From contig NW_027362770.1 of assembly GCF_046119375.1 (NCBI RefSeq), forward strand, positions 139,376,001 to 139,440,000: 64,000 nt of DNA. Reading direction: 5' to 3'. The position numbers and the translations under genes were made by a program. Positions 30,582 to 41,174 of this stretch are shown here, piece by piece. The stretch is from Phyllobates terribilis (Eukaryota). The notes beneath the pieces are model-generated. The model made no database searches and was not told the origin of the DNA. It worked only from the letters and a program-made list of their open reading frames with translations. Every line of letters begins with the position of its first letter. Position 1 is the first letter of the stretch.

Positions 30582-33050
30582 TCTATAATATAACCGGGGA
30601 TGCGGGTCTCTGTCCGAAGCCTCGAGACCGCATCCAGCCGTTACAGGTAAGAGGAGGTGTATGGCGTCGGAGATCGCGGGATGCGTAGGCACTGAACGCA
30701 CACTGCGATCTCCGGCGCCATACTTACATACTTACCTGACCGGAAAGAGCGTTGCCGCGGCGCCTCTCTTCAGCGGAGACAGGGGGCAGAGTGAGACGTC
30801 GGATCGGCGCGTGCGCATAGCGGTATGCGGTGCCATTTTACTGAAGACACATTTACAGTGTGTCTTCAGCAAAATGGCGCCGGACAGCGCGGTGCTCTGT
30901 CGCTGGACAGCACGGTGCTCTGTCGCCGCTCTCCTCCCCCAGCCTCCGGCAGAACAGGACGCTGCAGCGCTGGAGTACAGAGAAGAAAGGTGAGTATAAC
31001 TGTTTATAACTGTGTATAGTGGGGGGGTGAGGGGTGCCACGCATACCGGGATTAGGGGAGTCATGCAAACCAGAATAGGGATGAGGGGTGCCATTCATAC
31101 CGGGATTGGGGATGAGGGGTGACACGCATATCAGGATTGGGGATGAGGGGTGCCATGCATACCAGGATTGGGGATGAGGGGTGCGATGCATACCAGAATA
31201 GGGATGAGGGGTGCGATGCATACCAGGATTGGGGATGAGGGGTGCCACGCATACCAGGATTGGGGATGAGGGGTGCCACGCATACCAGGATTGGGGATGA
31301 GGGGTGCCACGCATACCCGAATTGGGGATGACAAAATAGGGATGAGGGGTGCCACGCATACCGGGATTGGGGATGAGGGGTGACACGCATACCGGGATTG
31401 GGGATGAGGGGTGCCATGCATACCGGGATTGGGGATGAGGGGTGCCACGCATACCGGGATTGGGGATGAGGGGTGCCACGCATACCGGGATTGGGGATGA
31501 GGGGTGCCATGCATACCGGGATTGGGGATGAGGGGTGCCACGCATAATGGGATTGGGAACGAGGGGAGCCACGCATACCGGGATTGGGGATGAGGGGTGC
31601 CACGCATAGCAGAATAGGGATGAGGGGTGCCACGCATACCAGGATAGGGAATGAGGGGTGACACGCATACCAGGATTGGGGGTGAGGGGTGCCACGCATA
31701 CCAGAATAGGGATGAGAGGTGCCATGCATACCAGGATTGGGGATGAGGGGAGCCACGCATACCAGGATTGGGGATGAGGGGAGTCACGCATACTGGGATT
31801 GGGGATGAGGGGTGCCACGCATACCAGGATTGGGGATGAAAGGTGCCACGCACACCAGAATAGGGATGAGGGGTGCCACGCATACCGGGATTGGGGATGA
31901 GGGTTGCTATGCATACCAGGATTGGGGATGAAAGGTTCCACACATACCAGAATAGGTATGAGGGGAGCCACGCATACCAGAATAGGGATGAGGGATGCCA
32001 CGCATACCAGAATAGGGATGAGGGGTGCCACGCATACCGGGATTGGGGATGAGGGGTGACACGCATACCAGGATTGGGGATGAGGGGTGCCACGCATACC
32101 AGGATTGGGGATGAAAGGTGCCACGCATACCAGAATAGGGATGAGGGGTGCCACGCATACCGGGATTGGGATGAGGTGTGCCACGCATACAGGGATTGGG
32201 GGTGAGGGGTGCGCCGCATACCGGGATTGGAGGTGAGGGGTGCCACGCATACTGAGATTGGGGATGAGGGGTGCCACGCATACAGGGATTGGGGATGAGG
32301 GGTGCCACGCATACCGGGATTGGGTATGAGGGGTGCCACGCATACCGGGATTGGGGATGAGGGGTGCCACGCATACCAAGTTTGGGGATGAGGATTGCCA
32401 CGCATACCAGGTTTGGGGATGAGGGGTGCCACGCATACCGGGATTGGGGATGAGGGGTGCTGCGCATACTAGAATAGGGATGAGGGGTGCCACACATACC
32501 GGGATTGGGGATGAGGGGTGCCACGCATACCGGGATTGGGGATTAGGGGTGCCACGCATATCAGAATAGGGATGAGGGGTGCCATGCATACCAGGATTGG
32601 GGATGAAGGGAGCCATGCATACCGGGATTGGGAATGAGGGGTGCCACGTATACCAGAATAGGGATGAGTGGTGCCACGCATACCGGGATTGGGGATGAGG
32701 GGTGCCTCGCATACAGGGATTGGGGATGAGGGGTGCCACGCATACCGGGATTGGGGATGAGGGGTGCCACGCATACCAGGATTGGGGATGAGGGGTGCCA
32801 CGCATACCGGGAATGGGGATGAGGGGAGCCACGCATACCGGGATTGGGGATGAGGGGTGCCACGCATACCGGGATTGGGGATGAGGGGTGCCACGCATAC
32901 CGGGATTGGGGATGAGGGGTGCTACGCATGCTGGGATAGGATGGTGGGGGCAGCACAAAAACCAGGAGGGGGGCAGCACATACCAACATGGGAGACCATG
33001 TACCAATTAAAATGCTCGCCACCCGGGCATAGAACGGGTTCAATAGCTAG
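30582..33050 (+). mobile_element. Non-autonomous Helitron H2 carrying a minisatellite
   Basis: A|TC start; CTAG|T end; hairpin ACCCG...CGGGT at 33021-33039. Removal restores GTGTGAATATATGTATAATCTAG of the PLE arm. Confidence 0.88.
31027..32935. repeat. 30/31-bp G-rich minisatellite, about 60 copies (GGGATTGGGGATGAGGGGTGCCACGCATACC)
   Basis: Directly visible. Confidence 0.97.
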
Positions 33051-33699
33051 TATATGTATAATCTAGAACAGCCATAGAGTAATGTACCAAAGATAAGACT
33101 GTAGCAAAAGGAGAAAGTGTCATAATACATACCTGGAGTTGAGGGGGTCGGCACAAAGATATGAAAGGTGCGTCCATATAGGGAGGATGTGCAGGAGTGA
33201 CTGACCGCGGTCTTTAAATATGCCCGCCGTGCGTACCTCACTTCCGGGAACGCGCGACAGTGAAAGGTGGCAGTGCGCATGCGCAAAGAACCCATACGTG
33301 CCGGAAACATCCGAAAAAAGCCGATGCCTGGAAAGCGTACAGAGCAGAGGAACAAAATAGGTGCCGAAGACAACAGGTCGTTGCTAGGTAATCAAAGAGA
33401 TTATAAGAGAAAGCAGGAAAATGGATAAAAGAATGGAATGGGAACGGGAAAGTTGATAAAGAGAAAGGGAAAAAAGGAAGAAAAAGGGAAAATAAGCAGG
33501 AAGAAAAAACAGGAAAGAAAGAAGTGAAAAGGAACATAAGAAAGGAAAAGGAAAAGGAATTGATCCCAAACAGATCACATTGGTGTCTAGAAGACAAAAG
33601 AGAAAGGGGAACCAATTATTACAATACCATAGGACACATTTATTAAAAAAATATATATATATACTGTATATAAAAAAAAAATTTAATCACTAAATAAAA

Positions 33700-34105
33700 T
33701 TAATAGTGGACTTCGTATTCCCTATTCATACCCCAGGGTTCAAGGGTCTGCAATGTATAGATCCAGAAGGCCTCCCTCATTTTAAGTATACCAATTCTAT
33801 CTCCCCCACGTTTAGGCATGGGGACATTCTCAAGAACCTGGAACTTTAATTGGGCTCCATTGTGCCCCGCAGAATAAAAATGGAAGGGGATGGGAAGCAT
33901 AAGTCGTTTACACCGAACTGTAGATTTATGTTGAGAAATGCGGTCTCAGATATGTTGGGTGGTCTCACCAACATATCTGAGACCACACGGACATTTGATC
34001 AAATAAACGACATACGAGGAATCACACTTAAAGTACCCCTTAATGGGGAATCGTTTACCTGAGCGGGGTTGGAGAAAGAGTCTCCTTTAGTAATATTATG
34101 GCACT
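33700..34105 (-). pseudogene. GIY-YIG endonuclease C-terminus of a Penelope-like retroelement
   Basis: Hand translation: CHNITKGDSFSNP/RSGKRFPIKGYFKCDSSYVVYLIKCPCGLRYVGETTQHI*DRISQHKS...HFYSAGH...RGGDRIGILKMREAFWIYTLQTLEPWGMNRE. One frameshift and one stop. Confidence 0.9.
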
Positions 34106-35688
34106 GTACTGTTTAAAGACTGCGGTCAGTCACTCCTGCACATCCTCCCTATACGGATGCACCTTTCATATCTTTGTGCAGACCCCCTCAACTCCAGGTA
34201 TGTAAACACCTTCTTGGCTACTCACATTACTGTTGCTGCTTTCTTCTCTTGGTGCTGTCTTGGTTGTTCTTGGTCTTGCATTGGTTCCTCTTCCATACAT
34301 ACATATATATACCATCTCTGGTTTATATCAACCTATGTTAGAGTTTCAGATGAATCCCGTTACTACCTATATGGGTATCCCAGCCTTATATTCATTATGA
34401 CACTTTCTCCTTTTGCTACAGTCTTATCTTTTGTACTTACTCTATGGCTGTTCTAGATTATACATATATTCACACCCGCAAATGTTTCTATTTTTCCATT
34501 TGACTAATAGATATATTTTATGACTACCTATGAAAGTCTGTATATGCATATACGTTTATATGTATATGTATATGTGGCGCCCTGCTGTGCATTGGTGCCA
34601 CAGATCCTAGAGGGGTGCATGGATGGATTCCTCCACAAGAGGCCCCCATAGCATACACACACCTCCACCTTCCTCCTCAGATCACCAGAGGGTGCCCGGA
34701 TAGGGATATAAAAAGGGAAGGTGGAGCTAGGCAGTTCAGTCTAGTCTGTGAGGAGGTCAGTCTGCTGCAGCCAGAGAAGTTGCCAGTCCAGCCTAGACTC
34801 AGGGAGCTCAGGTTATTGAGCCAACAGCGTGCCGACGCCATAAGAGCGGTGAAGAGTAGCGAGGCCTACTGCCAGTGTGAAGCCTAGTTAGGGCCCCGAG
34901 CACGGCCGAAGGCAAGTGGAGTAAGCGAGCTGCATAGGGGGCGGAGGAGCTTAGCCAGCTCACCCCAAGACCATATACCGGACACCGGGTCCGTGCCTGC
35001 TGGGATCTCTACGACCAGCAGAAACTACCGGAACCCCTGGCGAACTACATGTCCCAGGAACACCACAAGCTGACCATTATACCAGGGTCAGGAATCACTG
35101 AGGCCCAAGAGACCAGGGAGTGTGATCTCCAACAGAAGGCCCTACCACCAGGTCAGCAGGTGCAAGACAGAGACTAAGTTAGGCCTAGCTCCAGGCGGGT
35201 CACAAACTTATCAGGAAAAGGCAAGAAACAGGAGGCCCCACACCCCCTCACTGGGGAGAGTCCTGAAATGCACCCTTCACCCTACAGTGCCCTGGATCGT
35301 GCCTGAAACACCACTAGTAAAGGTACTGAAGTGAACTGTCGTGTGTGTGCCTATTCTTCTTCTGACCCGGGTGGGTCCCCTCTGTCCTGCATCCCTTCTC
35401 CTACACTGCCCTGAGGCCCCGCTCCACCTGTGGGGAGCCGCAACAACTAAGCTGCCTGATCACCGGCCTCAGAGGGCTGTAGCAGCGCTGGTGATCCTCA
35501 CCAGATACCACGGGTGGCGTCACCAACTTTTACTATCCCATACACCTTTCCCCCATTATCCATTCCTTGCTTTTTAAGAGTGACCCCAGGGTACGGCCCC
35601 AGGATCCGGCCACAGCGGCATCCCCCAAAACCAACAACAAGGCCCGGGCGCCTAGTCGTCCCCATTCCCTGGGCGCGTCATCTCTTCC

Positions 35689-35707
35689 TGGTGTCACAAA
35701 CAGGATT
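35689..35707 (+). promoter_or_regulatory. Primer-binding site, tRNA-Ser(CGA) type
   Basis: TGGTGTCACAAACAGGATT vs the complement of vertebrate tRNA-Ser(CGA), TGGCGTCACGAACAGGATT (17/19; tRNA sequence from memory). Confidence 0.65.
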
Positions 35708-36068
35708 CCGTGCCCGCTGCAACGATGGAGTGTTCTGCCCGTTGCCACCGGGTACTGTGCGCCTTTAATCAAAAGCTGTGTATTTAACTGTGGCAAAGAT
35801 TGCCGCCATTGTTGTGCCGCCGAGCGGGAAGAAGGGCGTAACTGCGGGAAACTGAGAGGCGTACCTGCTGAAGCGCGCAAAGCCCCAGACACGCCCCACG
35901 CCTCGACGTCAAACCAGGAAGCGCCAGGTCCTGGAAGGAGCGCCGGTGAGTGCTCTGACGTAGGACGCAAGCGACGCAAGGTCCTGAAGAAGACCGTCAC
36001 CTGCAGAGCTGCGGCCTACCGGAAGACAAGAAAAGAAGGTAGGCCACGGTTCGCTAGGGGGCGCCAGA

Positions 36069-37127
36069 ATGTGCGAGGAACAGCACAACGCCGGAGTACT
36101 GGTTAACCGCTCTGATAATCAACCCGCACTCGGTGCCGAGCAGGCCGAAGCAGCCGCTTCACCAGCAGGGCCTGTAACCCCTGTCATACCCATGGCCCTA
36201 CCGTACATCCCTGGAGTGAAGTGGCTCCCCCAGTACAGCGGCAAACCAGATACCATGTCTGGATTTAAATGGAAAATATGCGGTATACTGGACATGTACT
36301 CTATGACAGGCAAGCAAAGAGCCACTGTTGTATTGAGACAAATGACTGGTGCTGCGGAGCGGGAAGTAGAAACTTGGTCGGCCGCAGACCAGGAGTCAGT
36401 GTCCGCCATCTTTAAAAAGTTACAGACTGTCTTTGAGAATCGTACTGAGACAAAATTTCCGGATGAGGTTCTACAACTGCTCTCAGCAAGCGGAGGACAG
36501 TGTTCGGGACTATGCCTGGCGTTTACAAGGGGCCCTGGAGCTCTGAAACAGGTTAGTCCAACCAGCATCAATGATGAAAATAAAATGCTGAAGGAACAGT
36601 TTATCCGGGGACTGAGGTCCCAAGAGGAGAGCAGGACTGTGCGTTGGTGGTCCCTGGATCATCCAGATACCACCTTTGACACCCTTAAGGACATGGCTAT
36701 AAAAGGACTGCAGCCCCAGGAAACAACTGCTATCCAATGTTACCAGGGTGGGGCCACCCCAGTGCCTGTTGCGTCCACCTTTTCCCCGGTGGCTGCTGAA
36801 GCCAAGGTTCCAGCAACGTCCCCTAGTGAGCTGGACAGCCTGCGCTCTGAAGTGCGTCAGCTGAGCAAAACCCTAACCACTGTACTGAGTGCCCTGCAGC
36901 TGCGGACGGAGCCCGAGGAGGAAAGAAGGATCCTGCTAGCCGACAGCCCTGAGGATGTCCCCTGGATGAGAAGGAGGAGGACAACGCCACCCCCTGGGAG
37001 GACCAGCGACCAACGCCGCCCGCCGAGGGACCCTGTCTGCCACCACTGCCACAAGACAGGTCACGCCATCCAGAGCTGTCCTTTAAACGAGAAAACCCTG
37101 GGGCCGAGGGCCGACACCCAGGAGTAG
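36069..37127 (+). pseudogene. Gag of element E (probably frameshifted internally)
   Basis: LPQYSG capsid-like start; LKEQFIRGL; CCHC knuckle CHHCHKTGHAIQSC. Confidence 0.8.
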
Positions 37128-40100
37128 ACCCCCCAGGCCCATCAAACTGGTACCGCAGGTTCGTGGGAGGAAGACCTTACCTGTCCATTGTACTGTACGG
37201 CATCGCAACACCCGCTCTGCTGGACACAGAATCTCAGGTAACCATCATGTCTGATGTCCTCTACAAAAGGTTCTGGTCCATAGACAAACTTCACCCACCA
37301 GATCCAAATCTTTCCGTCTATGCCTCAAACGGCCTTCCCCTTAACCTAGTCGGGGTTAAGGATGTGGCAGTAAAGGTGGGAAGAGTGGAACTGAAGGACC
37401 AGGAACTAATTGTAGTAGAGACTAATCCTGATGATACCAGCTTGTATATGGTACTTGGCACTAATGTTGTTAGTAACTGTTTGGGAGAAGTGTTGTTCTT
37501 GCTCCAACAGATAGCTGACACTGCCAGACCAGGGCAGAGAAGAGCGCTGCAGAAAGAGATCCGAGCCCTTATGTACCAGCAACACGTAAAGCTAACCGGC
37601 GGTGAAATTGATAATGTACGGGTGACAGACCCGGTACCCATTGTGATTCCCTCGATGAGTAAAATGCTGATTTGGTGTAGAGCAGCAATAGGTCTCAAAG
37701 GACGGAGCTACCAGGCGGTAGTAGAGCCCCTTAGCTCGGAACATAGGCCTACACTCTTGACTGCTAGAGGGGTAGTGGATGTACGCAATGGGAGGGTGCC
37801 CGTACGCCTCCTAAACTATGGGGAAGACGAGGTTAGATTACCACGCTACGCCACTGTTGCCAAACTGTACACAGTAAATAACAACTCCATACAAACGGCG
37901 GAGTCCTTAACCTCACCAGACGAAGTGGAGGATAATGACCCGGCCACCCAGGTGGAGGATTGGTGTCAACAGCTCCATGTTGGGACAGACACCAATCCTG
38001 CCCATCAGAAGCAGGGTGTACACCAGGTGGTTCAGGAATATGAGCAGGTATTCAGTAAGCACCCACTTGACTTTGGGAGGATTAAGGGGGTTCAACACCA
38101 TATCCCCACAGGTGACCATCCACCCATCAAAGAACGTTACAGGCCTATACCACCAGCACACTACCAGAAGGCAAAGGAGATGTTGCACGACATGAAGAAG
38201 GCAGGGGTAGTAAGGGATAGTTGTAGTCCCTGGGCAGCTCCCCTAGTTCTAGTCAGGAAAAAGGATGGAAGCATGAGAATGTGTGTAGATTACAGACAAG
38301 TAATTCGCATTACACATAAAGATGCATACCGTTTACCACGTATAGAGGAATCCCTGGCTGCCTTAAAGTCTGCAAATTACTTCTCCACCCTTGACCTCAC
38401 TAGTGGGTACTGGCAAGTAGCCGATGGGACTCTGCGAGTTCAATAGTATGCCGTTTGGACTCTGCAACGCCCCCGGAACGTTCCAGAGATTGATGGAGTG
38501 CTGCCTGGGACACCGCAACTTCGAGACTGTACTACTATACCTGAATAACGTGATAGTGTACTCCAAAACGTATGATGACCACTTGAAGCACCTGGCGGAG
38601 GTATTTGAGTCACTGTCCCGGTATGGGATGAAGCTGAAGCCCTCAAAGTGCCACCTGCTCAAGAGAAAGGTACAGTACCTGGGGCACATCGTTAGTCCAG
38701 AGGGAGTAGCACCAGACCCGGAGAAGGTCACTGCCATCCAGAAATGGCCGGAGCCGAAGAGCCTCAAGGAGGTACGTCAGTTCCTGGTACTAGTCGGGTA
38801 TTACCGGAGGTTTGTGAAGGACTATACCAAGAAAGCGGCACCTCTGCAAGACCTCCTGGTAGGACAGTCCCCCAGAGGCAGAAATCCCCCATTCCAGTGG
38901 GGTAAGGAGCAGGCTGAATCCTTTAATGTGATGAAGGAGATCCTGACCGGCGAAGAGATCCTAGCCTACCCTGACTACAGCCAACCGTTCCTGCTGTACA
39001 CTGATGCCAGCAATGAAGGATTAGGAGCTGTACTGAGTCAGAAGCAGAATGGCAAAGAGAAGGTGATCACCTATGCTAGCAGGAAGCTCCACCCGACCGA
39101 GAGGAACCCAGAGAACTATAGCAGCTTCAAGCTGGAGTTCCTAGCCCTGGTCTGGGCCATCACCGAGCGGTTCAAGCACTATCTAGCCTCCAGTAAATTC
39201 ACTGCCTTCACTGATAACAACTCCTTGACTCATCTGGAGACAGCTAAGCTAGGAGCCATGGAACAACGATGGATGGCTAGGCTGTCAAACTACCAATTCA
39301 CTATTAAGTACCGGGCGGGCCGCAAGAACGCCAACGCCGATGCCCTGTCCAGGATGTCAGACACTGAAGAAGAAGTGGATGACCTGGAGGAGATTGAACT
39401 ACCTGCCTTTCATCAGAATGGGATAGTCCACGAGCAACGAGCCTCCAGGAGGCAACGTGGTAAGACGTTAAACCCCCTGCCTCACCACAGCTGGAAGGAG
39501 ACCCAGGACAGCGAACCGGTTGTCAGCCGTATCAAAGAACTGATAACCCAGGAAGGTTCCTCCCTGGAGAAGGAAGCGTCTCTCCAAGCCAAGCAGCTGT
39601 AGAATGAGAAGAGCCGGTTGTTCATCTATAGAGAGAAACTGTGCCGGAGGTACGTCAACACCAAAACCCAAGAGATGGTATGGCAGATAGTGGTGCCCAA
39701 AACAGACATCCAGATGGTGTTGGAAGCCTACCACGATCAGGCGGGGCACTTTGGCTGGAAGAAGCTAGAAACCCTGCTGAAGTGTCGGTTTTATTGGGTA
39801 GGAATGCGCAGTTCCATTGAGAGGTGGTGCCGGAATTGTGGACCCTGTAGCCTCAGAAGAAAAGACTACAGCAGCCAGAAGGCACCCCTGCAACCCATCA
39901 AGACAACTCGACCTTTGGAGATCGTGGCCCTGGACCATGTCAAGCTGTCACCCAGCAGGTCAGGATATTCCTATGCCCTGACCATGGTGGATCACTACTC
40001 CCGGTTCCTGGTGATCGCCCCCGTCAAGGACCTGATGGCATAAACTGCGGCGAAGACGTTTCAGGCGTACTTCTGCAGGCCCCATGGATACCCGGAGCAG

Positions 40101-41174
40101 GTGCTGACGGATCAAGGCTCAGCCTTTGAAGCCGAATTGTTCAAGGAGTTCTGCCATCTGTACGGGTGTAAAAAGATCCGGACCACACCGTACCACCCCC
40201 AAACCAACGGTCTCTGTGAAAAGATGAATAACATCGTCATCAACCTGCTGAAGACCTTACCACTAGAGGAGAGAAATCAGTGGCCAGACCTACTACCTGA
40301 CCTGGTAGATCTGTACAACCACATACCTGTGAGTTCCACCAATTGTACTCCAGCATATCTCATGCGAGCCAGACCCGGGAAGTTGCCCATGGACCTGGAG
40401 CTTGGTGTAGTAGAACCAGAAGCAGATATGTCCACTGAGGACTGGGACACGACCAGACAGGAGCAGTACAGAAGAGTACAGGCCTGTGTCGAAGACAGTC
40501 TCACTCGGGTGAGGGACAAGCCGGAAGCCCACTACAATAAAAGTGCGCCCGCAGAACCCTTCACACCAGGAGAAGTGGTGTTAAAGAGGAAGAGGAGAAA
40601 TCACAAACTTGATGACCAGTGGGAGAGAGAACCCTACACTGTGTTAAACTCAAGATTTGATAACAAGAAGACCTGTTTGATTAGCAAAGACGGAGGAATA
40701 ACGACTGCAACGGTATCTAGAGACCATGTGAAGTTGTGTCCAGACCTGCTAAAGCCCCAAGAAGAAGTGCCTCTCACCGTACCGGAGGAGCCTAAAGAAG
40801 CAGTACTCCATACTGACTTAGGAGATTTCCCGGCAGATTGGCCTCAACTAGGAGGAGCAGTAATAATCCCTGTGATCCACTTCTTTCAACAGCCAGAAGA
40901 CCCTCCACAGCAAGAAGAGCCTGTAAGTGCTTCAGAAGAGCCTGTTCAAGAAGAATCCCCGGAAGAAGGATCCCCGGTTGGAGCAGAGCAAGAAGGCCCA
41001 GCCAATGGTACACTTGCCAGTCCAATAGAGAGGTTAAGGCAGTTTTACAACCTACCCACACGTAAAACTGACAGGGTAGCAGACAGTGCAGACACAGATA
41101 CCATCCACACTGCCGTACTACGCAGATCGACACGTAGCACACGAGGTCAGACCCCTGTCAGATACAGAGAATAA
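37082..41174 (+). pseudogene. Pol of element E (protease, RT, RNase H, integrase), broken by a deletion/frameshift and stops
   Basis: LLDTES (DTG-like); SPWAAPLVLVRKKDG...VDYR; FSTLDLTSGYWQV; YLNNV (YxDD lost); RH YTDAS...NYSSFKLEFLAL; IN H...H...CRNC, ALDHV, TDQG, LCEKMN. Confidence 0.93.

Noticed and set aside
30853-33043. 717-aa and other minus-strand ORFs rich in P/H/W
   Set aside because: Frame-cycling translation of the 30/31-bp minisatellite.
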